Shown: positions 11,360-21,288, counted from the first letter of the whole stretch. The stretch is DNA of 53,852 bases, filler included, from Stramenopiles sp. TOSAG23-3 (GCA_900128585.1; 4 parts of 4 records of this genome joined end to end with filler, not necessarily neighbours in it); one strand, 5' to 3'. Program-made: numbers and translations. Notes: a model not told the origin generated them from the sequence alone.

Positions 11360-11444
11360 TAGACGACTATTTAATACTGCTACCAGTAAAACTAAAAAAA
11401 TAATAATGATCTCTACTTCCTATGTTGTACGGTAAGGTACCTGG
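11360..11444. promoter_or_regulatory. Candidate two-motif element: TAGACGACTAT (11360-11370) and GGTACCTGG (11436-11444)
   Basis: Both motifs recur exactly in two other divergent intergenic regions; function is inferred. Confidence 0.5.
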
Positions 11445-11920
11445 AATACTAAAAAATGAAAAAAAAAATAATAAGATTTAAGATGAAGAAAAGAAGGTAC
11501 GGCGGTTGGTAGTATTATTATTAATGAAAGGAGGTGGAGGGAGGAGGCAAGTTGTGTTGTACCATGGTATTGTAATGACATTAGTCTAGGTGGCAACTAC
11601 TCGTACGAAGTTTATAATATTATTTTAAAGAGAAAGAAATCGCAGGAAGAAGGGAGAGAAAGGAAGAATTAATTTCATAAAATCCTATAATGCTATTTAG
11701 TGTCTTTCTGGCTTGTTAGAGTACTAGACTACTACCTGTTTAAATTGAGATTGCAGATGTAAATACAGTATCATATTTTTGTTTGAACGAATGAGAAATG
11801 TAGTATGAAACAGTTAAATGTTGCACGAATAGTGTTTTTTATTAACATTTTATTCTGTATTAAGTTGAATTTATTTGACATTTGCAAACGCTGGTGCGTG
11901 GAAAGTAGCAGTCTTGGAGG

Positions 11921-13327
11921 ATGGTACGGACAAAGAGCCTTTGCTCGACCGTGGGGGTACTGCTGCTGATGGTTGTGTGCCTTTCCGTTTGTTCCGCCAC
12001 CCGCCATGCGCTGTTTGTATCGACAGAGATGAAGGATCCCGAGGACGCGCTCGGGTCTGGGAACGATGCGGACTTGGGAGATTCGGATTCTATAGAGGAA
12101 AAGAAGCTGATGGATCGCTTGAAATTGGCGAGGCGGAGAAACAACAACACAAAAACGGATGAAGATCGAAAAGACGTAGATTTTGATGATGCGCCACCGT
12201 CGATCGACGTGGACGGAGCCATGCGCTCGCAGGAGGCGTTGGTGAAGCAGCACTCGCAAGCCTCGTTCAACGCTTTGGTGAAATCGGCAAAGCGGGTATT
12301 GATAGATTCTCTGATGGCGAGCGACGAGCTCCGTTTTGAAGTGTACCACATGTGCAACGTTGAGCATTTGTACGCCCACAGCCTTGTCACTATGACGGAC
12401 GTGTACGGGGAGTTTGCGCTAAGCCTGCGCAATGAGAAAATATCAAGGCAAGAAACCACAACTGCGCTGGCAGAAATGGTTTATAATATACACGAAGAGG
12501 TCACCATTTTGAATAGCACGATCGCCATGCTAACCCGACAAAGGCGGCACTTGTACAAAACATTCGAAGCCGTTCTACAAAAGTACTTGGAACTGTACCG
12601 GGCCCACCGAAGCCCAAATTCACCCATCAGTCTCGTGAAGCTGTACGAGCTGGAGCCAGACCCGGACAAGATGGCCGCCCTGTACCATGTCACTCTAAAC
12701 TATGACTCTGAAAACAACCGGTTGGACGGCCTTTTGGGCACAGCGACCCAGTTGTTGGGAAGGGCCTTAAACCGCAGCGTCGCGTTGGAGCGGGCATTAG
12801 AGAGAAGCCGGAGCAAGTCGGACAGCGAAGTGGTGGCGGAGCGGGCGAAATTGGCGTACCTGCACCGCCTTGCCAAAGCCTCCGACAAAAACATACATCT
12901 GACTTGCAAGCAGGCGCGCAATACGAGCGCGGAGAGTCTGTCCAGCCTTGTTCAAGCGTTGGCGGTGATAGAAGACGGGGCACATCTGACTAGAATGAAA
13001 GTCAAAGACGAGTTGGTGGAAAACGAACTGGCGGAGTCCGCCAAGCCGAAACGAAAAGGCCCCGCCAGCGTGAGTAAACCAAAGAAGGCCAGAACGGCCA
13101 TTAGACACCCACGGGTGGAGAATCTCACAGTTGTGGCCAACCGCGAAAAGCTGGTGGAAGAAGCCATGGATCGTGTTACTGGGCATGCGCCCGCTACTCC
13201 CCCAAAGATGCCGAGTGCAGGCACAGATGGTGATGGCGATGAGGACGAAGACGGGGAGGACGGTGGGAACGACCGCAGCAAGGGCTCGTTCTTTGACCTG
13301 TCGAAATTCAGACTGTTCGGGTTTTAA
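11921..13327 (+). CDS. Secreted coiled-coil protein, unknown function (468 aa); likely distant paralogue of 13499-14506
   Basis: Signal peptide (VGVLLLMVVCLSVCSA), helical core with two Cys, charged and probably disordered termini. Confidence 0.85.
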   Translation: MVRTKSLCSTVGVLLLMVVCLSVCSATRHALFVSTEMKDPEDALGSGNDADLGDSDSIEEKKLMDRLKLARRRNNNTKTDEDRKDVDFDDAPPSIDVDGAMRSQEALVKQHSQASFNALVKSAKRVLIDSLMASDELRFEVYHMCNVEHLYAHSLVTMTDVYGEFALSLRNEKISRQETTTALAEMVYNIHEEVTILNSTIAMLTRQRRHLYKTFEAVLQKYLELYRAHRSPNSPISLVKLYELEPDPDKMAALYHVTLNYDSENNRLDGLLGTATQLLGRALNRSVALERALERSRSKSDSEVVAERAKLAYLHRLAKASDKNIHLTCKQARNTSAESLSSLVQALAVIEDGAHLTRMKVKDELVENELAESAKPKRKGPASVSKPKKARTAIRHPRVENLTVVANREKLVEEAMDRVTGHAPATPPKMPSAGTDGDGDEDEDGEDGGNDRSKGSFFDLSKFRLFGF

Positions 13328-13498
13328 AGATAAAATTGATTTAAAAAGTGAACTTGGAAAATAACAGAAGCTATCTTAAGTATATGTAACATACTATGTA
13401 TGAACTCGTATAAAATTTGTTTAAAAAAAGACTTTTGTATAACTAAGTCATAAATGTTATGGTTGCACTCGACTCTCTGCGCTGTTCGTCTGGAGAAT

Positions 13499-14506
13499 TT
13501 AGAAAGAGGCACCGGTGGCACCAGTTTCGGCTTTCTCGACGGCGCTACTGTGCGCGTTACTTGTACTAATTGCATTGTTGTATTTGGCGGTGATATCGTT
13601 GGCTTGGGTCTTGAACTTGTTGCAGCTCGTCGTCAAGATATCCACGTGTTCCTTCATGTTTTTGCGAAGTTCAAGGAACGGGTGGGACTCGTCGGCCAAA
13701 GCCTTGTCCAAGGCGGCCAACTGCTTGGTCAACGCTTCGACTTTCTTTTGGCGGGATTCGATCATGCCCCTCAATCCGAGACGGAACTCGCGGAGAACGG
13801 CACGTTCGCTTTCGAAGCGGGTGTATAGCTCTTCGTTCAACTTCAAAGCCAATTTAAAGATTTCAAAAGCAGTGTTCGATGCTTTCTTGCACGCTTCGTT
13901 GTCTGCCGTGGTGGCCAACGCCAAGTTGGCTTCCATCTCCAGTTGCTGAAGGGCCATGTTACGTTCGGTCTTGGCCATGTCAAGCTGGATGAGCGACATC
14001 TTGTTTGGGTCGAAGGACGCAAAGTTCTTGATTGGGTTAAATTTTGGGTTGTACGGCAAGACCTTGATGAGGCCAAGGTCGTGCAACAATTTCGATGCGG
14101 CGGCCATGTTGTGGGAGTTCTCCAAGAATTTCTTCTGGAAGATGGTGTTCACTCGGTTGATGTGGTCGTACAAGCGGGCACGGATTGCTTTCAACTTGGT
14201 GAGGAACGCTTTCAGTTGCTGCAGGCGGGTGGCAACTGCTCCACGAAGGGCCTCTTTAGATTTACGGCGACGGTTGTACAAGTCGGTATCTTCTGCCTGG
14301 GTGGCCTGGGCGTTGCCGTGGGCTAGCTCGACTTTGCACAGCTCGTCCCCCTTGGCATACCCTGCCTTGTGGGCGGCCAATCCTGTGGTCAAGATTTGGG
14401 TCGGGGACTCCTTCGTGGCGACTTCGGAACCGGTGGCTCCTGTCGTATCCTGCCCAACCGCAAAGGTTGCCAGGGCGAGTACACAAATGGCTTTAAGAAG
14501 CTTCAT
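13499..14506 (-). CDS. Secreted coiled-coil protein, unknown function (335 aa)
   Basis: Signal peptide MKLLKAICVLALATFAVG, heptad-rich helices, central Pro/Lys linker ending in SLIQL, TGATG at both ends. Confidence 0.88.
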   Translation of the reverse strand: MKLLKAICVLALATFAVGQDTTGATGSEVATKESPTQILTTGLAAHKAGYAKGDELCKVELAHGNAQATQAEDTDLYNRRRKSKEALRGAVATRLQQLKAFLTKLKAIRARLYDHINRVNTIFQKKFLENSHNMAAASKLLHDLGLIKVLPYNPKFNPIKNFASFDPNKMSLIQLDMAKTERNMALQQLEMEANLALATTADNEACKKASNTAFEIFKLALKLNEELYTRFESERAVLREFRLGLRGMIESRQKKVEALTKQLAALDKALADESHPFLELRKNMKEHVDILTTSCNKFKTQANDITAKYNNAISTSNAHSSAVEKAETGATGASF

Positions 14507-14620
14507 ATTTCTTTTTCAAATGTAATGACAATGGGTTTGTTATGCGTTATAGAAACGAATTGCAAATCTACTTCCAACAGTAATGTTTTCAACCGTATGA
14601 CACTTTACCATTCGTACTTT

Positions 14621-14666
14621 CTCTCTCACACACACTCTCTCTCACACTCTCTCTCTCTCTCTCTCT
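14621..14666. repeat. (CT)n/(CA)n microsatellite
   Basis: Read directly from the sequence. Confidence 0.85.
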
Positions 14667-15063
14667 CCATACCAATACATTCAATTGGTGGAATGCGTTG
14701 GCTCATATATTTACTAGTACTGGTTCCTTCAATCTAAAAGAGTTTACTCTCTTATAAACCTTTGTTTAATTAAATACTATAGGAATAGTATGAATAAAAT
14801 ATAATTTTTAACATAATAACTAAATACAATGGAAGCCTCTTTTCTAAAGTGACGAATTCTTCCCTCCCCCACTTTTATTAAAATTAAAAGAAAAAGATAG
14901 AAAAAGGCTCCTTCTTCTTTCTTTCTTTCTTTCGTTATTTATAATTTAGATTATTACAAGTATAGTTTAAATAGGGATGGTTTATATATATATAGACACA
15001 GCATATATAAGTGATTAAAAGTGAAGCGGTAATATTAATTTTAAAAAAAAGGGGGAAAGCCTT

Positions 15064-15274
15064 GAAGAAGAAGAAAGAAGAAGAAAGAAGAAGAAAGAAG
15101 AAGAAAGAAGAAGAAAGAAAGAAGAAGAAAGAAAGAAGAAAGAAGAAGAAAGAAGAAGAAAGAAGAAGAAAGAAGAAGAAAGAAAGAAGAAGAAAGAAAG
15201 AAGAAGAAGAAGAAGAAGAAGAAGAAGAAGAAGAAGAAAGAAGAAGAAGAAGAAGAAGAAGAAGAAGAAGAAGA
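15064..15274. repeat. About 210-bp (GAA)n/(GAAA)n polypurine microsatellite
   Basis: Read directly from the sequence. Confidence 0.95.
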
Positions 15275-15800
15275 GGGAGGGTTAGTGTTTCATATTAATT
15301 TTATATAAATAGGTGAAAATAAAATTATTTTTATGAAGGAATAGGATAGATGATAATAGTTATATAGGAAATAGTATTGGAAGTTACTAAACCAATGATG
15401 TATTGATTCATATTCTAACTGTTATAAGTACACCATACACATCTCATCCCTTTCTTATTTATAAATTCGTTACTGTCCTATTTGATTATATAGAGTATAT
15501 GAAATCTTCGTAGTCAAACCAGTATAGCGGTATATGAGGTTGTATATAACTAACTGCACAACATCTATATAGCATTATAGAAAAGAAGTTCAATTACTTT
15601 CAAGCAAAGAATTTTTTCATGTTTGTTGCATTGCCTCTATTATGAGCGCAAAGTGAAGATATGGATAGGTGGTGGTTTCCATTTACTCTTCCGTGTGTGA
15701 GTGTATTTGTCGGTCTGTCTCTTTATCTCTGCGCTGCTCGTGAGTTTTGAGCACGTATTGAGGAACAGGTTCAACGCCCACTCACTGAGACAAACAAAAG

Positions 15801-16025
15801 ATGGTTCGCTTTGGAGACAAGTCGACGGTGATTTCGACCGTCCTTCTACTGCTGATCGTAAACGCGGAAGTTATCAATGTCCACGCCACTATTTCTCGGA
15901 GAAGGCTTTTAGGCTCGATCAAAGGATCTGCCCTGAAGAAGAATAACAGGGCTGCGGCGGACGAGGGGGCGGAGAATTTCACTGGGGTGGGCATGACGTT
16001 GGACGAGTTCTTTTCAAAAAATTAA
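15801..16025 (+). CDS. Putative small secreted peptide precursor (74 aa)
   Basis: ATG start, hydrophobic stretch VISTVLLLLIVNA, basic RRRL site, local GC island ending at the stop codon. Confidence 0.5.
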   Translation: MVRFGDKSTVISTVLLLLIVNAEVINVHATISRRRLLGSIKGSALKKNNRAAADEGAENFTGVGMTLDEFFSKN

Positions 16026-16129
16026 AAGTAAATTAAAGAGGTGTTGTTTGCCTGTAGATATTTTAGCACATTCGTAAATTTTTTATTTTCACCCCCCAAT
16101 AACTTAATGAGGTGTTGGGGTTCCTTGGA

Positions 16130-16432
16130 TCATTGATCTTCAAACATACATTCCACTAGCTCGCCCACGTCCTCGCATCCGTAGTGTGACCGTCCATCAC
16201 TTGTGATGTCTTCAAGTGCAGACAAAACCTCTTCTTTATTCTGTCGACAGTAGTACACCAGCACCGGTGCGTCCATGTCGCCTTGAGCATGAACAACAAA
16301 GTAATTTTTTTTGAATTTCAAAGCCACGCACGTATCCCTTCGTTCAACCACTGGGAAATCGGTCATTGGATTGCGGCACCGTTTGTTGACCTCCTCTAGA
16401 GCCAGAGCAATACCTTGGTCAAGAAGCGACAT
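16130..16432 (-). CDS. Hypothetical protein (about 100 aa from the first ATG, MSLLDQG)
   Basis: Globular-looking composition in a GC island bounded by AT-rich DNA; no family recognised. Confidence 0.55.
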   Translation of the reverse strand: MSLLDQGIALALEEVNKRCRNPMTDFPVVERRDTCVALKFKKNYFVVHAQGDMDAPVLVYYCRQNKEEVLSALEDITSDGRSHYGCEDVGELVECMFEDQ

Positions 16433-16707
16433 CACGGCCTTGGTATTAATTATAACAGAGTATTTGCCAAAATATGCCAAACATCGAATCAACGGATTCT
16501 TAGAGGGTCCGAAATGTTAGGGAATGAAACGGAGAAGACGAAGAAAAGTCAATGGCCGATTAAAGGATGGTCTGTTTAAATTTAAGAATTTCTTAACATT
16601 GATCCTTTTTCTATTTTTTTTTTTTTAATTATAAATAAATAAAATAATAAAAAATATAATAATAAAAAAATAAAAATCTTCTCCAATTGTTGGTTGGTAT
16701 TTGCCTC

Positions 16708-16916
16708 GTACAGGTACAGGTGCAGGTACCGCTATAATACCGGTACAGGTACCTGGGTACCAGGTATTAATACTATTAAATAATACGGGTATTAATATTG
16801 GTACCCGACTACCCGACGTATGATCCTCGTAGACGACTATTAATACACTTAAAATTATTTTATTTATTTTATTATTATTACTGTAATAAAAAAAAATATA
16901 ATAGTATAGTCGTCTA
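16708..16916. promoter_or_regulatory. GTAC/palindrome cluster with GGTACCTGG (16748-16756) and inverted TAGACGACTAT copies (16830-16840 +, 16906-16916 -)
   Basis: 7 GTAC in 16708-16804; exact motif copies shared with the 11.4-kb and 20.0-kb spacers. Confidence 0.5.
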
Positions 16917-17190
16917 TAATATATTAATAGACAGAAGAAGATAGAAGAAGAAGACGACGACGACTAAATAAAAAAAAGATGTTAAAAAATAATAATAATA
17001 AATCAAATGTGTTCAATGTTTGTTGTGTGTAGAGAGGTGGGTTAGATATTATTATTTACTAAATAATTATTCCAAGAATTAATCGACACGGAAGCAATGC
17101 CAGTGCATAAACAACCATTAACCAAAAGAACGTTCTGCACAAGACCGCTTTTGTTTTCATTATCGTCGATACGGTGTGCGCGAACAACAA

Positions 17191-18021
17191 ATGCCTTACA
17201 ACTATGAGACGCTGCAGGTCTCCTTCGCTGCCGAAGGCGTCTTAAGTGTTAAACTCAACCGTCCCAAAAAATTAAATGCGATGAACAGTCAGTTTTGGGA
17301 CGATATGACGTCTTGCTTTCAGCAAGCGTCGCAGGATGGGAATGTCAGGTGTATCGTGCTGTCTGCGAACGGGAGAGCGTTCAGTGCAGGGTTGGACTTG
17401 GTAGCATTCCAGGAGCCCGGGGTTGTCCCATCTGGGACAGCAGACCCTGCCCGGCGGGCCCTTCGCTTCTTTCAAGATACAAAGCGGTTGCAAAACGCGA
17501 TTTCCGCGGTAGAAAAATGCTGGAAACCTACAATTGTTGCCATCCATGGAATGTGCATTGGCGGTGGTGTAGATTTGATCACTGCGTGCGACATACGCTT
17601 TTGCTCTTCCGACGCGACGTTCTGCGTAAAGGAAGCTGCCATTGGCCTTGCAGCGGACATAGGTACTCTTCAGCGTCTACCGAAAATAATTGGGAACGAA
17701 AGTCTCGTTCGCGAGCTTGCCTTTACCGCCCGAAACATGGGCTCTGAAGAAGCTGCGAGCTGCGGTCTAGTTTCTTATGTTGGCAAGGACCGAGAAGACC
17801 TCATGAGGCATGCATTAAATACCGCAACGGTGATTTCTGGACACAGCCCTGTCGGGATTACATCGACCAAAGTCAACATCCTATATAGCAGAGACCATTC
17901 CGTCGATGACGGGCTTGATTTCGTACTTGCCTGGAATGCGTTCGCTCTACAAACGGAAGATGTGAAGAAGGCGGTCGTTGCTGGAATGACAAAGAAGAAA
18001 GCAAAGTTTAGTAAGCTGTAG
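17191..18021 (+). CDS. ECH1: Delta(3,5)-Delta(2,4)-dienoyl-CoA isomerase, peroxisomal (crotonase family)
   Basis: LNRPKKLNAM, FSAGLDL, CIGGGVDLITACDIR, GLAADIGTLQRLPKIIGN, YSRDHSVDDGL; C-terminal PTS1 SKL. First ATG at 17191. Confidence 0.93.
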   Translation: MPYNYETLQVSFAAEGVLSVKLNRPKKLNAMNSQFWDDMTSCFQQASQDGNVRCIVLSANGRAFSAGLDLVAFQEPGVVPSGTADPARRALRFFQDTKRLQNAISAVEKCWKPTIVAIHGMCIGGGVDLITACDIRFCSSDATFCVKEAAIGLAADIGTLQRLPKIIGNESLVRELAFTARNMGSEEAASCGLVSYVGKDREDLMRHALNTATVISGHSPVGITSTKVNILYSRDHSVDDGLDFVLAWNAFALQTEDVKKAVVAGMTKKKAKFSKL

Positions 18022-18280
18022 AATATTTTTGAATTACCAGTGTGTAAAATATATATTTTTGTGTTGCGGTTGGAGTCAACGCGGCCTGTTCCGTTGCTCG
18101 CTTCTTCTTTCTTCTTGTTGCCGAAAAATAAATAAAAAAGAGAAGAAGGAGGAAATTTCAGCAGAGGATTACCCTCGAAAACTTTTTTAAAAAAACAACA
18201 AACAAAAAAACTTTAAAAAAAAACAAAATATATATATGGCATATATTTTGTTTTTTACTTTTACCTCTCACTTTCTTAAC

Positions 18281-19351
18281 TCAGCCTCTTACCATATTTG
18301 ATAGTATCTTATCCCCACCCAGTGATTTTTCACCACGCCCCACTGCGTTTTTCTTGTTGTTCTCGACAATGCCTTCCATAGCATGCCGATGAAGTATTTC
18401 ATAATTTTGTCCCGAGCCTATTTTGCGCACTTCTGACAGCAATGACCGTATTTCTGCCAGTTTTTGAAGAGAAAGAGGTTCCTCCATTTTGAACTGGTTC
18501 CCCTTTCCGTTGAACTCAGCGTTGATTATTCTTTTGTTCTGTGAAGCGTTGTAACTTTTCTTCTTCCGAAGAATTCTCTTTATGTTTTCCGAGCTGACCG
18601 GTGCACTGGGCTTTTTCAATCGAACCGTTCCGCCCGTGTCTGTACGATGCTCCAACGCGATGGCATTGGCGGCCATTTGTGCCAACGCTTCGTCGTCTTC
18701 TTCAAACTCCTTTTCCTTTTCCAACAATTTTTTCCATTCTTCGTCGTTGTTGACCTTCACCCGCTTACGTTCTAGCTGGCGACCCTGCTCTTGCCCGATT
18801 ATCAACGCCTCTTTTACCTGCATCTCAAAATTGTTCTTCATCAACTGCTGCCTCAACGCGTCCACTTTCCGTTTCTCTGTCAGTTGAACCTGGTACGTCT
18901 CCATCATCAGTTTGTTCTTTTCTATGGCCTCTTGAATTTTTTCAAACTTTTGCAACTTCTTTTTCTGCGCCAAGATTACTTTTTTCATGTTCGCCATTTT
19001 CGTGTCCTTCGCTTCTAAGCGCACTTCTACCTCTTCCAAATCTGCGGCGTGTGCGTCAATCTCGGCTTCCAGTTCGTCTTTCAACTCTTCCACTTGATTT
19101 TCTAATTTCACCTTTTCCATGATTAAGGCATGGGCCTCCTTGCCCTTTTTCGTAGATTGCTCCCTGGCGCGCTTCTGTTTAGAACGGTATTTGCTCTCTT
19201 TCCGCTCTGCATCGTCCCGTTCTTGAATTAACTTTTTGTTTTCCTCGCTTGCCTGTTTTAGTTGTTTTTCTAGAGAGTCAACTTTCGATTTCAATTCAAA
19301 GAAACGACCGCCGACGGCGGGTTTCTTCGACGATACCTCGGACGTTTTCAT
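18281..19351 (-). CDS. Coiled-coil protein, unknown function (356 aa)
   Basis: Long ATG-started ORF with K/E/Q-rich heptads. Confidence 0.8.
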   Translation of the reverse strand: MKTSEVSSKKPAVGGRFFELKSKVDSLEKQLKQASEENKKLIQERDDAERKESKYRSKQKRAREQSTKKGKEAHALIMEKVKLENQVEELKDELEAEIDAHAADLEEVEVRLEAKDTKMANMKKVILAQKKKLQKFEKIQEAIEKNKLMMETYQVQLTEKRKVDALRQQLMKNNFEMQVKEALIIGQEQGRQLERKRVKVNNDEEWKKLLEKEKEFEEDDEALAQMAANAIALEHRTDTGGTVRLKKPSAPVSSENIKRILRKKKSYNASQNKRIINAEFNGKGNQFKMEEPLSLQKLAEIRSLLSEVRKIGSGQNYEILHRHAMEGIVENNKKNAVGRGEKSLGGDKILSNMVRG

Positions 19352-19928
19352 CGGCGTTGGATCTCTTTGATATCTAATTTAGCCGATGCACAGTTTTTGC
19401 GGCCCAGTGCACAACCCTTGGCTTTGGTTTGAGGACGTCAATGTGTTGAATCGTGTGCGTTTTGTGCCATTTAAGTGTTATCCAATCGATTTCAACATTC
19501 AGTTGTTAGTAGTATTGCATTAAGAAGTTTTTTTAGTTGATTCCTTCACGTGTTGTTTTTCATTTTTTATTATAAAAAATATGAGTTTATTTTTTTTATT
19601 ATTATTATTCTCTCTTGTTGTGTTGAGCTTATATTTTTTCTTGTTCTCTGTTCTATTATGTGTAAGTATAAAAAATATTTTTCTTTTTTTTTTCTTGGTT
19701 GATGTTAGCCTATTATTAATCTAGTCTCTTTATTCCATTTATATTCATATACTACCGTACGTAAAGCAGTAACAAAACAAACAAAAAGTCAACGTTCGTT
19801 CGTTCGTTCGTCGTCGGTTCCCTTCTTCTTTATTTTTTTCTTTCTTTCCAGCCCCCCATCTAAAGGATTTTTTTTCTTCATTGTGCTTGTTGGTTGTGCC
19901 CGCTGTTGTGCCATTTTTTTAATACTAC

Positions 19929-20010
19929 GGTACCTGGTACTTTTTATAACTACAGCTAATGGTCAATCAACAACACTGAACCAAAAAAGATTATTATTAT
20001 AGACGACTAT
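19929..20010. promoter_or_regulatory. Candidate two-motif element: GGTACCTGG (19929-19937) and TAGACGACTAT (20000-20010)
   Basis: Third occurrence of the motif pair in a divergent spacer. Confidence 0.5.
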
Positions 20011-20232
20011 TATTTATTGCGTTTTTTATTTGAAGGGATTGTATATTTTTGTGCTATAATTAGACAAGGTGGTTAATTTCACCTAGTGCTTATGTACATT
20101 GCGATGATCACTTTAGGAGGATAAATCTTGAAAGACCCTCTACGAAACGTGCGATTGAACGTTTTCCAAACCATCGCGCACCTAGATGTACGCTTATACA
20201 AACTTAGAATAGAATTGTTATAGAACTGGAAA

Positions 20233-20781
20233 ATGTGGGCCCTTGCACGAAGCCAGAAACCAGCTTGTCCATGTGGATTTGATGAAACAACCTGCATGGC
20301 ATGCTCTGATTTCAAATTGCAGGCACAAAAAACTGTCAGTCTAGATGGTAAAGGACGCGTCAATCTAAACCAAAGCGAAATGTCAAGAATTTCGAATGCA
20401 TTTTTCAAGGCTGCAAAGTCAAAAGAAGAGCGAGAGATGGAATTGTTAGTTAGAAAAAAGCAGCCCGTCAAGTATAGAGACACCAATAAAACGCCTCGGC
20501 AGAGAAGTCGACGTTACAGCAGGGAGAAGTCCAGGCGGTCTAGAGATCCATTGGATGAAGACGATATTAAGTATTTGAACAAAGATGAATTTACAACGTG
20601 TTTGAACGGTTTGTTCGATGGTTTTCCCATGAACGATCAACTTTTTCGTGCATTTGACACAAAGAGAGACGGGCACATTGATTCCGACGAATTCTCGGCT
20701 GCCTGCATAACATTAATTCGGGTGTATGGGTTTAAAGTATTTTGTACGACTGAGGAAGCGAGTGAAGAATTGGGCGAATAA
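20233..20781 (+). CDS. EF-hand protein with N-terminal Cys cluster (182 aa)
   Basis: EF loop FRAFDTKRDGHIDSDEF preceded by a degenerate EF (YLNKDEF); CPCGFDETTCMAC near the N-terminus. Confidence 0.75.
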   Translation: MWALARSQKPACPCGFDETTCMACSDFKLQAQKTVSLDGKGRVNLNQSEMSRISNAFFKAAKSKEEREMELLVRKKQPVKYRDTNKTPRQRSRRYSREKSRRSRDPLDEDDIKYLNKDEFTTCLNGLFDGFPMNDQLFRAFDTKRDGHIDSDEFSAACITLIRVYGFKVFCTTEEASEELGE

Positions 20782-21288
20782 TGATTTCGCATTTCCCCTC
20801 TGCAAATTATAGTGTCTAGGAAACAACACTTCATTCTTCTGGGCTCTGGCTTTATTTCACATACCGCTGCTACAGAATTGAGTTATACTCCTCGTAATGT
20901 ACTCTCATATTTCTTATTTGTTTTATTAAGGAATAATTTATCATCATCATCGATCATCGAACAAACGAATTCGGCCATGATGTCATCAAAACCGCCTGTT
21001 ATTATATATCGTACAAAGGTACAGCAGGTGGAACAATTGAATTTTCACATCCTCCTCCTCCAACAACAAAAATTAATTGGGAAAAAAAAGAAGTTAGTAA
21101 ATATAAATATATATACATTAGTCGGTATAATCCAACATCGGCTTGTGTCTAAAATTAGTACTACAAATTGGGGAATGACAATCAAAGGCAATTAAAACAA
21201 TCCATCATGTGCCAAGTTAGGTAATTGTGTTCACAAGGAACGGTTACTTTTTTTTTTCCCGTCCAAGAACTGCCAGCAAGTGCCTGCT

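Noticed and set aside
15011-15298. K/E/R-rich ORFs (also 45504-45822, 48350-48592, 49692-49913)
   Set aside because: Translations of GAA/GAAA microsatellites.
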